In this document: positions 48,740 to 59,003 of the stretch, one piece after another
Layout: each line of letters starts with the position of its first letter
How positions within the stretch are numbered: position 1 is the stretch's first letter
NCBI GenBank assembly: GCA_964632485.1
Contig: CAZWDO010000021.1
Location: 1-64,000 of the forward strand
Direction of reading: 5' to 3'
Length of the DNA stretch: 64,000 nucleotides
Origin: an uncultured bacterium
Lineage (GTDB): Bacteria; JAGOEH01
Notes under the pieces: model-generated
Told to the model about the DNA's origin: nothing
The model's input: the letters and a program-made list of their open reading frames with translations, nothing else
Databases searched by the model: none
Program-made: the position numbers and the translations under genes

Positions 48740-48952
48740 TAGATTCCTCCAGAATTTTGTGTTTCGACATCACTAAAACGATTCAACGCAGAACAGTATG
48801 CCAATCGACCTCCTTTCATCCTGCAAGGGGTTAGGTTTGCTGAATTGCAGGATTGGCATGCGAGTTCGGTAACTTGCCGGAGAGTTGGGGAATAGCGCTA
48901 AAAGGTTTTCAGCAAAAAATTAAACCTCAACATCATGCGGCAGGTTCCCGTT

Positions 48953-50011
48953 TTAAAACCTTAAACCGATTGAAAAACTATGCACATTTTCTAAAATATC
49001 CATCATTTGCATCCCATAATGGGCATCAACGATACCCACGCCGGGGATGGCGTATTTCAGACCCAGGCCAAAGGAAAAGTTCTCCTGCGATTTCTTTTCC
49101 AAGAGGGAATTATAACCTCCCTGAATCAGAACAAAATCAAACAGATGGGCCTGTAAACCAAAATTAAGGTATTCCGAATTATTGTTGGGCCGGACCGCAT
49201 CGGTCAAAAATTCGAAGCGCATGATCTCTGAGCGATATAAATTGATCATGATGCCTGTCCGGAAAACCAGAGGCAGCGGCCAGGCATTGGTTTTCAATTT
49301 GGCAACCAGGTCTTCGTTGTTACCGCTATGCGTCGGGTCTAAATCGATTTTCCGATATAAATCCTTGCCATCGAACTGGAGATCGGAGCCAAAATTAGAA
49401 ATACTCATGGCAATCCGCATATCATTGAACTGAGTGATAAAGAGCAAACCCAAATCAACGGCAAAGGCGCTGGCGTTGCAATGCCAGATACTCTGGCTGA
49501 TATATTTAGCGGTGCCGCCGATGGAGAACCGATCGGTCAGACTACGGGCGTATGAAAGTCCAAAAGCCATATCGGCGGCCTTCCATTTTTCGCCGGTGCC
49601 ATAGGGATTGGCTAAGGTATTGACGTCTTCCTCTCCGTATCCGAGATGAGTGAAAGAAACGCCGATCACATCGCTGCCTGATAGTTTAAGGACCGTACCG
49701 ACCCAATTGAGTTGAGTGCCGACCAACCAGTTGGACGTATAAAATCCGACTTGAGAATGTGTGACGCGGGCGATAGCGCCTGGATTCCAATAGAGGCCCT
49801 CAACGTTATCACAACCGGCGGTATAGGCATTACCCAACCCCATTGCTTTGGAACCGACGCCAATGGTTAAAAAGGTTGCGCCCGCGGTACCCACATTGGT
49901 TTGCTGCGCATGAGATACCACGGATAATACGATAAGAAAAGCAAACATCAAAGTGATCAAACGAAGTCGTATAGTTGATCCTTTACTTCTGTTTCGAATG
50001 GTTATACGCAT
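48953..50011 (-). CDS. PorV/PorQ-family (FadL-like) outer-membrane barrel
   Basis: GTAGATFL.IGVGS.AMGLG.A...LYWNPGA; FSIGGTAKYI; C-terminal SIGLRF. Confidence 0.85.
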   Translation of the reverse strand: MRITIRNRSKGSTIRLRLITLMFAFLIVLSVVSHAQQTNVGTAGATFLTIGVGSKAMGLGNAYTAGCDNVEGLYWNPGAIARVTHSQVGFYTSNWLVGTQLNWVGTVLKLSGSDVIGVSFTHLGYGEEDVNTLANPYGTGEKWKAADMAFGLSYARSLTDRFSIGGTAKYISQSIWHCNASAFAVDLGLLFITQFNDMRIAMSISNFGSDLQFDGKDLYRKIDLDPTHSGNNEDLVAKLKTNAWPLPLVFRTGIMINLYRSEIMRFEFLTDAVRPNNNSEYLNFGLQAHLFDFVLIQGGYNSLLEKKSQENFSFGLGLKYAIPGVGIVDAHYGMQMMDILENVHSFSIGLRF

Positions 50012-50031
50012 AATAATTCTCCTCCCTGGCC

Positions 50032-53000
50032 TTACTTAATGATCGCGATTTTACCGCTTTTTTTACCGGCCGCAGATTCGAGTACATAAAAATAAACACC
50101 GGCAGCCACATCAAGATTTTCTTTAGTTTTCAGATTCCAGGTAATAACGCCATCAAATACAGTTCCTGAATTGGTCAGTGTTATTAAATATTCGCCGGAA
50201 TTAGTGAAAATATGAATCTTCCCATCGGAAGGTACATTGATAAAATCAATGCGTCGTTCACCTCGTCCGCTGCTGACGCCCGGAGGCAACGGCGCTTCAT
50301 TTTCATGGGCAACGACGTAAGGATTGGGTACGACGCGAATATTGACCAATTGCTCTTTGGCCTGAGCGACTTCAACCGTAGGCACAGGAGTCGTAAAACG
50401 CAAGGTATCGCCCGAACGGAAGGGTTTATTCACTTTTAACTCCAGTTTATCTCCGGAACGGAATTGCCAAACCGTATCCGCTTGTCCCTGGGGCATGTCA
50501 AAATAGAGATACCAAACCCACATCGGCTCGCCTTTGCTATCTTTTTCAAATAGATAGAGTTCATCTCTGGGCGACAACAACCCATTAAAATTGATGCTAT
50601 TGAAAGCAAAATCGATATAATGGTTATCCGTGGTATTTTTAATTTTGAAATTCACGGGAAATTCAAACGCGCCAAAAAAACTGGCGGAAGTATCGACAAC
50701 GGTGTCATAAAACTCAATCTCATAATCCGCCGGCCACGGGATATTCTGGAAAACCTGGCCATCCAATTCAAATTCCAGCGAACCGAAACTATATTGATAG
50801 GGACAAAGATTCGCCGAACTGCTTTGCCAGGAGGAAGAATCCCGATTCAGGGCAATCGTCCAATCATTATCAAAAACCAATTCAACGCCGTCAAAAATAT
50901 CGGCATCCAGATTTTCATCATCATAAGGACTATTTTTGATATGAGAGCTCTTCACCACCGGGTAATAATAGTAATGGCAAACATACTTCATATTAATCTG
51001 CATCACGGAACTATTCAAAATCTGCAGACGCCCTTTGGGATAATCGATCTTATAGTTTTCGGCGGCAATTGTGTTCCCGTTCATATCGGTAATATAAAAG
51101 CCTTCGGTGGAAATATTTTTATCTGCCAGATAAATCACATCGCCGCGGACGGGAACAGTGAACTCTTCAACGATTTCATTTTCGTCAAAAATCCGATAAA
51201 AGGAGGTTACCGGAGCGATTTCCTGGGGATCGAGCCGGTCCAGATTCAGCTCACCCACATCCGGAATACTATTCCCCTGAGTGCTATCATCATCGATATT
51301 CGCGATATTTCCATCAGAACCCACATCGTCGCTGAACGCGCTCCAATCTTTATCATTATCGACACTATCCATGGAAGTATCCCAAAACTCAATGCGGTAA
51401 GTATGGCCAGTCAACGCGGTTTCATTGATAATCTGATAGCCTACGGCACCAGTAGCCGGACCATTTTCCAGCGTGGCCGTTTGCATGGCTGCGGGCCGAA
51501 CATAACCGGCCGGACGAGGTTTTGGGGTGATAACTGCGGTATTGATATCCGTAACGATTTCGCCGGTATTTAAAATCGAAATAAACTTAGTATTTTCTGA
51601 CGGAAAGATATCCTTAGAATTATCGCCCCGATCATACGCCACCAGAGCATAATAATAGCGCTTTCCATCCTGTACATCCGTATCGATATAACTATGCTTC
51701 AATCCGCTATTGGAACCTAAATTATAGGTGAATCCCCGAGTCTCATCATACAGATCATCACTGGCCTTAAAATAGCCGCTGACGAGATTATCGAGATCAA
51801 ATTGAGCGAGGGATTTATACCCTTCCACCGTACCGTCGGCGTTAGTAATCACACGAATATCATTAAAATCCGGGTCCGTGGATTTATAGATTTTGTAGCC
51901 TTCAAAATCATTTTCCTTTAAAACCGGATCAATACTCAATTCCGCTTTGCGATCCCAATACAGGATCACCCGGCCGCTATCGGCAATGGCGGTTAAAGTG
52001 GGTTTGTCGGGCGGTTGAGGAAAGCGGTAGTCGCTGTTATAGATTTTTTGAACGGTTGCCCGGTTTTTCATCAGGTCGTTTTGGTCATGACCATAGACCA
52101 GAGCTAATGAGATACGTTCGGTTTGTCCCGCGCGCAGCGGAAAATAACCTGAACTATACAGGAAATCGCCATCCTCGCCGTATTGAGGGATTCCGTTTTG
52201 GATTGAGACCGGCACTTCGAAAAAACCGGGACGAAGCCGATACCAGAGTTCTTCATCGTCAGCCAGGTTAATATCATTGGAGGGTGTGAAATACTCAAAA
52301 CTGGTCAATCCGATCTGATCCGATTCATCGACGTCGGTCTGGTCGAAATTGGGTTCCCCTGAAGTGGGAACTCCATCATTTTCGCCGATATCGAACGTGT
52401 TGGCTTTACCGTCAGCGCCGACGTCATCATATACCGAATTCCAATCCCCATCATTATCGATACCGTCGTTGCGTTTTTCATCAATAAGGGGGTCATTGAC
52501 GCCGAGCCCTGTAATATAGTCTTTATAACGCAACGGATTAATCATATCAAAAAGGACATTGCCGAACTGGTCTTTTTTAATTTGATGGTAATGCAGATAA
52601 TAGTTTTCATCAATCAGCCCATCCAAATCATTATCGATGCCATCATAAGAATTGGTATTGGAAACCATTTCTCCCTGAGGGTTGCGCACCAGATTACCTT
52701 CGGACAATTTAGTAATACCGGGTTTAATCAGGATCGATTTACCCCGGGTTGTAACAGTGGTATCATAATTCGGCACGGTAATAACAGTGCGGTTAAAATC
52801 CTGCTCGATGAGGGCCATCAGCATACCGGCAATAATTAGAGTTGAATCGAAATCACTCTCAGTGAAGAGCGGGGCCAGAGAATTTTCCGCATCGCCATCA
52901 TTGTCAATCCCATCATAGGCATTGCCGGGCGATTCGAGGAAAGCATATCCGACCATACCCACGGGACCGATCCATTTCGGGTTACGGGAACAATTATTAT

Positions 53001-53865
53001 CATAATCACCTGTCCACGTAATATCGTTGGTCACATCAAAAAAGGACCAGTCATCGTCATATTCGCGAAAATCGGCCGTTCCCGAGGTACCGACATAGGT
53101 TCCGACCAACATGCCGAAGGTTACTCGGTTATAGTCGTATTGGCTATGATTGGTAATTTCATAAAGCCAAAAAATACAATCAGAGGCCAGAAATTGGGCC
53201 CATTGCATTCCTCTGACCTTAACCTCCAATCCGAGGCCGTTACGCGAGAGATCATCCGGACTGGGCTTATAATTAACATTCCATCGATTATTTGTTGCAT
53301 AATTGAATTCTTCATCGCTGTTATCATCCATAACAAAATAGGATTCCTGGTCGGCGTTCATCACGTCTTTACCAAAAAAACCATTCCAGGTTCCGGTCCA
53401 GCCGGGGTCTTCGTTATCTGACATTTTATCGGGCCAATAAGGGGGCCATGAGGTTCGATCGGTGCTGATCGACGGAATATCGCTGTTTTCATTGAAATAT
53501 CCGGAAACCGGCTCAAATCCCCAAGCGATTCCCTGCGGCGACTCTTCCCGCCGTTTAGTGGGGCGATCGACAGGACTCACGACCACAGAATGAAAAGTGA
53601 GAGTATCAATCACAACCTCTGCGCCGACCATAAGGCTGACATCGCCGACATAGCCGTTATTATCGTTGATCCAGGCGCCGCGAGGCCCTTTGTCCGCCGG
53701 CTGGCCAATCACTCCCCAGTTGCCGTAAACCGATCGCACCAGATTGCCATTCATGATGCCGGAACGGCGGAACTCCTTACCGCTCTGCTGTTGGCTTCTG
53801 CTGACGACCGGGTATATGAAAAAAATTACCAGGAAACCGATCCATATCCATTTCGATTGATGCAT
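50032..53865 (-). CDS. Large exported acidic protein (1277 aa) with repeated DGIDNDGD motifs, FN3-like region and atypical T9SS-like CTD
   Basis: Start moved to ATG 53865 (AGGAG; signal peptide). DGIDNDGD-like motif x4; FEGYKIYKS...YYYALVAYD; IRVVPNPY...RRIDF.N.P...W.L......AGVYFY...K.AIIK. Confidence 0.8.
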   Translation of the reverse strand: MHQSKWIWIGFLVIFFIYPVVSRSQQQSGKEFRRSGIMNGNLVRSVYGNWGVIGQPADKGPRGAWINDNNGYVGDVSLMVGAEVVIDTLTFHSVVVSPVDRPTKRREESPQGIAWGFEPVSGYFNENSDIPSISTDRTSWPPYWPDKMSDNEDPGWTGTWNGFFGKDVMNADQESYFVMDDNSDEEFNYATNNRWNVNYKPSPDDLSRNGLGLEVKVRGMQWAQFLASDCIFWLYEITNHSQYDYNRVTFGMLVGTYVGTSGTADFREYDDDWSFFDVTNDITWTGDYDNNCSRNPKWIGPVGMVGYAFLESPGNAYDGIDNDGDAENSLAPLFTESDFDSTLIIAGMLMALIEQDFNRTVITVPNYDTTVTTRGKSILIKPGITKLSEGNLVRNPQGEMVSNTNSYDGIDNDLDGLIDENYYLHYHQIKKDQFGNVLFDMINPLRYKDYITGLGVNDPLIDEKRNDGIDNDGDWNSVYDDVGADGKANTFDIGENDGVPTSGEPNFDQTDVDESDQIGLTSFEYFTPSNDINLADDEELWYRLRPGFFEVPVSIQNGIPQYGEDGDFLYSSGYFPLRAGQTERISLALVYGHDQNDLMKNRATVQKIYNSDYRFPQPPDKPTLTAIADSGRVILYWDRKAELSIDPVLKENDFEGYKIYKSTDPDFNDIRVITNADGTVEGYKSLAQFDLDNLVSGYFKASDDLYDETRGFTYNLGSNSGLKHSYIDTDVQDGKRYYYALVAYDRGDNSKDIFPSENTKFISILNTGEIVTDINTAVITPKPRPAGYVRPAAMQTATLENGPATGAVGYQIINETALTGHTYRIEFWDTSMDSVDNDKDWSAFSDDVGSDGNIANIDDDSTQGNSIPDVGELNLDRLDPQEIAPVTSFYRIFDENEIVEEFTVPVRGDVIYLADKNISTEGFYITDMNGNTIAAENYKIDYPKGRLQILNSSVMQINMKYVCHYYYYPVVKSSHIKNSPYDDENLDADIFDGVELVFDNDWTIALNRDSSSWQSSSANLCPYQYSFGSLEFELDGQVFQNIPWPADYEIEFYDTVVDTSASFFGAFEFPVNFKIKNTTDNHYIDFAFNSINFNGLLSPRDELYLFEKDSKGEPMWVWYLYFDMPQGQADTVWQFRSGDKLELKVNKPFRSGDTLRFTTPVPTVEVAQAKEQLVNIRVVPNPYVVAHENEAPLPPGVSSGRGERRIDFINVPSDGKIHIFTNSGEYLITLTNSGTVFDGVITWNLKTKENLDVAAGVYFYVLESAAGKKSGKIAIIK

Positions 53866-53887
53866 AGCTGCTCCTATTGATAAAACG

Positions 53888-56698
53888 TTAAAAATCGACC
53901 TGAACGCCCAATTCAATACGGCGCGGTTCCGAATAATGAGACGGATTCCAGTAATACTCTTCAATCGTATTGACAAATTCCGGCCAACCCGTTTTCTTTG
54001 CCTGTAAAATATCAGTAGTATATCCGGCGCGGCCGGTATCGTCAAAGACATTGACCTCGTTCAAATTATCAAGTACGTTATAAATTTTAAGAAACCAATC
54101 GAAACGGAAATTTGAGATAGCCATACGATAATAAAATCGCGCATCCAGATTGTAAGTAAAGGGTTTTCGTTGGGTGTTTGTCAGCAATTCAGAGATATCG
54201 GTGCTCTTACGGGGAGTATAGGGCTGGCCGCTGCCATAATTGCCAATCAGACTGCCTCCCCATTTTTTAGCGCTGTAATTGACGTTGAAATTAACCGTAT
54301 GCCGCTGATCCCAATTCAAATAAACAAATTGTACTTCCGGAAGCGAGCCGCTGGTAATTGCATTACGCATTTGTTGCGGATCGGAAGCGCTTCCCTTGAC
54401 AATTTGATAAGTATAGTTCACCGAAGCCGATAAACCCTCATCGAAACGTTTATATAATGAAAGGATAAAACCCTTGGCAAAGGCGAAATCGCTGTTGATC
54501 AGTTTACTGTAACGGGCGGAACCGCCAAAAATCGAAATCTCCTGGCTGCTGGTACCTNNNNNNNNNNTACCTACCAGATTACGAATATCACGAAAAAAAA
54601 CAGTGGCGTCTAATGAAATATCGCTGCCAATCTGTTGTTGCAAACCCAATTCCCCGCTCACGGTTTTTTCAGGTTTTAAATCGGTATTGCCGATAGTGCC
54701 GATGTTTCCCGTTCCGGAACTCAACTCGAATTCAGGATTCTGATATAAATATTCAAAGCGGGGGATCTGGAAAAAATGGCCATAGGAAAAATGGAAAACG
54801 CCCTGATCGGAAATGGGGAAAGAAGCGCCCAATCGGGGGCTCAACTGCAATTTTGATGACGCATCCTGATACCAGTAAGCTTGACGTTCAGCTAAGGTTA
54901 CTTCGGTTTCACCGCTGTCCCAGACGCCATTCAGATTCGTATCGTTATAGCGGTTTTCCGGTCGTATGGGATTATAGATTTGAGGATCGCTTTCATCGGT
55001 TAAAATCTTACCGTCGGGATTAAAATAATCAACACGCAATCCGATATTGACAATCAATTCCAGAAATTCAAGTTTGCTTTGCAAATAACCGGCCATCTCC
55101 TGCGGTTTATGGGTGTAGGTGGAATGATAGGGAGTGCTGACATCCAGGATACGGGTTTCGATAAAGGGAGAATCATCCATGGTGATATCAGTTTGGCTTT
55201 CGATGGGACGAAGAGTGATATCCTCGAAGTAGATATCATGCGCTTTAAATTCCAGTCCCGATTTCAGCATGATATTCTTCGTCATTTGACTGGTAAAATC
55301 GATTTTTCCCAGAAAAGTTTTCGTTTCCCGTTCAAAACGTTGATTGTCCGTACCCCCGGTATGAAAACTAAAAGGATAATTTTGCAGCAGATAGGGATGA
55401 ACATAACGGGAATCGTGAGGATCTTCATAAAGATAGCGTTTATAAGACTTGGTGTAATAGGACCCGCTGGCTTCCATAAAGGTGGTGGGGGTGAAGGTAT
55501 AATTCATTCTCAGGATGTTAACCAATCCCCGTTCAAAATGAGTAGCCTGGCCACCGGGGACCCAAACATATTCCCGATCAAATTTTTTCATGGAAACATC
55601 ATCGAAAATCATATTATAAGAGAGCTTGAAATTGCCGGAAAGCTTATAGACCAATTTGCCCTGGAAATACCATTTATCGCTGTTATTCATCGAAACATAA
55701 TCGCCGTTGCCAATAGCCGAAGAATCAAAATACAAATTAAACTCGCCCAGGGAATCGACATACGGAAAGTTTTCCGGGTTAAAACGTTCCTTGCCGTTAA
55801 TCCATCCGCCGAAATCAATATGTCGGACATTCAGGAAATAGCCCAATTTGTTGTGAAGGATGGGACCGTTCAGACTTAATTCAATATTATTGATGGCAAG
55901 GGGATTAAATTTATTGATATTCAAAAATTTAGAATCTTTGTTACTCAGATAGTCACCGGCATAGAGACTGACGGAACCGCCGATTTTATCCACGGATTCC
56001 TTGGTAGTAATATTGACGATACCGCTCATGGCCTGGCCATATTCAGCGTTGAAGGTACCACTTAGAACCTGGAGTTCCTGTACCATATCTTTAGCGACTT
56101 CCACGACGCGGGTGCCGTCATAGAGATCGGTAACGGGCACACCGTCGATCATATAAGAGACCTCGCCCGCGCGGCCGCCCCGAAGATGGCCGTCCACCAT
56201 GCCTGCCTGAAGTTCGACAACTTCCGAAATTTCGGAAACAGGCATCATGGCGATATCATCGCCGCCGACCACGCTGGTCGTAGCCGTCAGATCTTTGCGG
56301 ATCATCTCTTTTTGGGCGACGACCACGATTTCCTGGCCGATATCGAGCGATGTTTCACTCAGAGCCACATCCAGCCGTTTGGTAAAATTACTGGAAACCG
56401 ACACATTTTTCATAACTTGCGTATCGTACCCGATCATAAAAATTTTAATCACATAAGTTGCGGGCGATACATTGTTAATCATAAATTCACCGTCGAAATC
56501 AGTGGCGGCGCCCAGTTTTTCGGCAATATCAACTTCGACGCCGTCGAAATTCATCGCGTCCACTACGACATTGGCTCCAATCAACGGTTCCCCCGTTGTC
56601 GCATCAATTATGCGCCCGGTAATTTTCCCGGTATTGGCGCTAAGATAAAGAGTCCATCCAAACACTAAAAACAACAAAAACAAATGACGACATTTCAT
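53888..56698 (-). CDS. TonB-dependent receptor
   Basis: Signal peptide, CarboxypepD-like N-domain (GKITGRIID..TGEPL.GANV), plug (RGGR..E..Y.IDG; G.FNAEYG), GN.DLKPEKT, C-terminal F. The 10-N gap keeps frame. Confidence 0.92.
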   Translation of the reverse strand: MKCRHLFLLFLVFGWTLYLSANTGKITGRIIDATTGEPLIGANVVVDAMNFDGVEVDIAEKLGAATDFDGEFMINNVSPATYVIKIFMIGYDTQVMKNVSVSSNFTKRLDVALSETSLDIGQEIVVVAQKEMIRKDLTATTSVVGGDDIAMMPVSEISEVVELQAGMVDGHLRGGRAGEVSYMIDGVPVTDLYDGTRVVEVAKDMVQELQVLSGTFNAEYGQAMSGIVNITTKESVDKIGGSVSLYAGDYLSNKDSKFLNINKFNPLAINNIELSLNGPILHNKLGYFLNVRHIDFGGWINGKERFNPENFPYVDSLGEFNLYFDSSAIGNGDYVSMNNSDKWYFQGKLVYKLSGNFKLSYNMIFDDVSMKKFDREYVWVPGGQATHFERGLVNILRMNYTFTPTTFMEASGSYYTKSYKRYLYEDPHDSRYVHPYLLQNYPFSFHTGGTDNQRFERETKTFLGKIDFTSQMTKNIMLKSGLEFKAHDIYFEDITLRPIESQTDITMDDSPFIETRILDVSTPYHSTYTHKPQEMAGYLQSKLEFLELIVNIGLRVDYFNPDGKILTDESDPQIYNPIRPENRYNDTNLNGVWDSGETEVTLAERQAYWYQDASSKLQLSPRLGASFPISDQGVFHFSYGHFFQIPRFEYLYQNPEFELSSGTGNIGTIGNTDLKPEKTVSGELGLQQQIGSDISLDATVFFRDIRNLVGXXXXGTSSQEISIFGGSARYSKLINSDFAFAKGFILSLYKRFDEGLSASVNYTYQIVKGSASDPQQMRNAITSGSLPEVQFVYLNWDQRHTVNFNVNYSAKKWGGSLIGNYGSGQPYTPRKSTDISELLTNTQRKPFTYNLDARFYYRMAISNFRFDWFLKIYNVLDNLNEVNVFDDTGRAGYTTDILQAKKTGWPEFVNTIEEYYWNPSHYSEPRRIELGVQVDF

Positions 56699-56719
56699 TG
56701 GCCCTCCTGATGCTGGCGT

Positions 56720-57739
56720 TCACGCAATTGATTGCGTCGAATCGCGAATAATCAATTCGGTTTGATTAAAAATTCGTTGATAAACTTTTTGATTGCCACT
56801 CAAAATGGAGTGTAACAGAGCGGATGCCGACCGGCCCAATTGAGACACATGCTGACTGATCGTCGTTAAACGCGGATAGACCATAGTCGAAAGCATAATG
56901 TCATCAAAACCGACAATAGAAAAATCCTGTGGAATTTTCAAGCCGTAACTCATTAAACCGTTCATACATCCGATAGCCATCATATCACTGCAGCAGAATA
57001 AGGCAGTAATACTGCGGTGTTTTTTCCACCATTCAAACACAAAGCGCTGACAAAAAAAAGGATCATAATCCCCTTTGAACACATATTGGGGCAAAAAAGG
57101 GAGCCCGGCTTCCTTTAGCGCCTCACGATAACCGGCCAGCCGTTCCTCGGAATCGTATTGGTTTTCATACCCGGTTACAATGCCGATATGGCGGTGACCC
57201 ATCTCAATCAAATGACGCGTGGCGATAAAACCCCCTTTACGATTTTCACAATTCACTAAATGAACCGTATCGATATCCAGATGATCCCCGACCAAGATGA
57301 CGGGAAGGCGTTTGGAAACATGATGCAATTCAGCATATAAAAGGGAATCGGTTTGACGTCCCAGCAAAAGAATGCCTTCAACTCGCTTATTGATTAAAAA
57401 TTTCAGCAGCTCGGCTCCATTCTTTTCGCTGCCGGATACAGCGCCAATGATGACATGATAGTCCTCATTGGTAAAAAAATCGATAATCGAAGCGATCAAT
57501 TCATTAAAAAAAGGCGAACGAATGTCATGGACAATGAGGCCAACCGTAAAGGATTTCCGTTTTTTAAGGGATTGGGCAAACATATCAGGCACATAGTTGA
57601 GTTGTTGGATTACCTGATGGATTTTATCGCGGGTTTCCGTCCGCACATTGCCGCGTTCATTCAAAACACGGGAAACAGTAGCAACGGAGACTTTGGCTAA
57701 CGCCGCGATATCATAGATTGTCACTTTCTTGGTCTTCAC
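56720..57739 (-). CDS. LacI-family transcriptional regulator
   Basis: TIYDIAALAKVSVATVSRVLN HTH; IPQDFSIVGFDD; LIIRDST. Confidence 0.96.
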   Translation of the reverse strand: MKTKKVTIYDIAALAKVSVATVSRVLNERGNVRTETRDKIHQVIQQLNYVPDMFAQSLKKRKSFTVGLIVHDIRSPFFNELIASIIDFFTNEDYHVIIGAVSGSEKNGAELLKFLINKRVEGILLLGRQTDSLLYAELHHVSKRLPVILVGDHLDIDTVHLVNCENRKGGFIATRHLIEMGHRHIGIVTGYENQYDSEERLAGYREALKEAGLPFLPQYVFKGDYDPFFCQRFVFEWWKKHRSITALFCCSDMMAIGCMNGLMSYGLKIPQDFSIVGFDDIMLSTMVYPRLTTISQHVSQLGRSASALLHSILSGNQKVYQRIFNQTELIIRDSTQSIA

Positions 57740-57760
57740 ATATCCCTTCTTCCTCAGATT

Positions 57761-57811
57761 TGTGAAATCGGTTTCATACCACTAATATAAAAATTTTTTT
57801 TTCCCTGTCAA
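57761..57811 (-). promoter_or_regulatory. Promoter and LacI-type operator of the lacI-TBDR operon
   Basis: TTGACA-16 bp-TATATT (57811-57784) followed by the near-palindrome TGAAACCGATTTCA (57776-57763). Confidence 0.75.
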
Positions 57812-58055
57812 GTCTTTTTTTTAATTTTTTTGCTTTTTTGTATGGCTTATCGTACAGCTCTCTCCCCCAGCAAATTAACAATCAACTACTTAAGCGCCTG
57901 AAGAACAGGTTCTTAAGGAATTTCAAACTGTGTTTCGTATCATCAAATCAGAAGCGGTAATCCGGAATCGATGATGATTACGAATTGGCTTACATTGTAT
58001 AAGTTTAAATTAACAGGATTTGCCCAGAACAGCGCTACCCTATCGGCCAGGATAA

Positions 58056-58994
58056 TTAAACGTCAATTGTTTCAGAAACCGGATCATCAGAAAATCGTGG
58101 ATAGTGATTAAAAAATTGATCCAACGTCTGAGTATCGATCAGGCGCGCGGTTTCTCCCTGAAGCCCGCAAGTATATCGCGCAGAAATCTGTCCGCGGCGC
58201 GCAGAATCTTCAATCGAGTAGCCATCCATCCAGTAGGAAGTGATAAAACCGACGGCCAGTCCATCACCGGCGCCATTCGTATCAATGACCGGGAATGGAG
58301 GTTCAAACGGCGGAAACCAGGTAATTTTCCGTTGATTGACCAACGCGCATCCGCGCGCGCCCAACCCAATCAATGCCAGAAGATCAGGTTTAAAATGTAA
58401 CAACGTCTTTAAAACCGGTTTCATATCCGGAAAATTGGCGCCGGAAAAGAACAGAATATCTGCCGCTTCAATAAAATCGCGGCGGTAGGGATCGTTAATA
58501 TCTGTTAAGTCCTGCAGATCACAAGCAATAGGTATTTTTAAATCCCTGGCGGGCTTCAATAAATAGCGCGCCCAGTTCAGCACGCTGAAATGAGCGGCGC
58601 GGCACTGCTTCAAAATATTGACCATGCGCTTCATGTCTGGTTGAAATGTTAAATGGCCGCGGCCATCATAAAAATTTTTACGGCGGCCATCCGGATACAT
58701 AATATTGATACTCCGCCGGGTACCGGTAGTATCAATCATCAAACCCTGGAGGTCAACCCCTTGCTGTTGGAGTGTTTGCCGAATATATTCCCCGTGATAA
58801 TCCTCACCGACCGTATCGATCAAAACGGTCTTTTTGCCCAAACGGGCATAACCCTGGGCGCAATATGCGCCGGATTGCCCTACCATATCGAGATTCCGGG
58901 TAAAATTAGCTTCAACCTTGAAATCAATTTCACGCCCTGGTAAATAGATATTGGTATCGATACCGATAGCGCCAACAACTGCTATATCAAACAT
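58056..58994 (-). CDS. PfkB-family carbohydrate kinase
   Basis: VVGAIGID, G.G..G, IDTNGAGDG. Confidence 0.88.
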   Translation of the reverse strand: MFDIAVVGAIGIDTNIYLPGREIDFKVEANFTRNLDMVGQSGAYCAQGYARLGKKTVLIDTVGEDYHGEYIRQTLQQQGVDLQGLMIDTTGTRRSINIMYPDGRRKNFYDGRGHLTFQPDMKRMVNILKQCRAAHFSVLNWARYLLKPARDLKIPIACDLQDLTDINDPYRRDFIEAADILFFSGANFPDMKPVLKTLLHFKPDLLALIGLGARGCALVNQRKITWFPPFEPPFPVIDTNGAGDGLAVGFITSYWMDGYSIEDSARRGQISARYTCGLQGETARLIDTQTLDQFFNHYPRFSDDPVSETIDV

Positions 58995-59003
58995 AGTCTG
59001 CGC

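Noticed and set aside
53866-54051. N-terminal 62-aa extension of the 1339-aa ORF, and similar extensions at 22883, 31961 and 42377
   Set aside because: They overlap upstream genes or leaders. Downstream ATGs fit better on SD sites, gene coupling or signal peptides.
54553-54572. Possible disruption of the TonB-dependent receptor
   Set aside because: The 10-N gap is flanked by a duplicated TACCT. Merging the flanks gives ...RNLVGTSSQ... in frame, so it is a scaffolding artefact and not a pseudogene.
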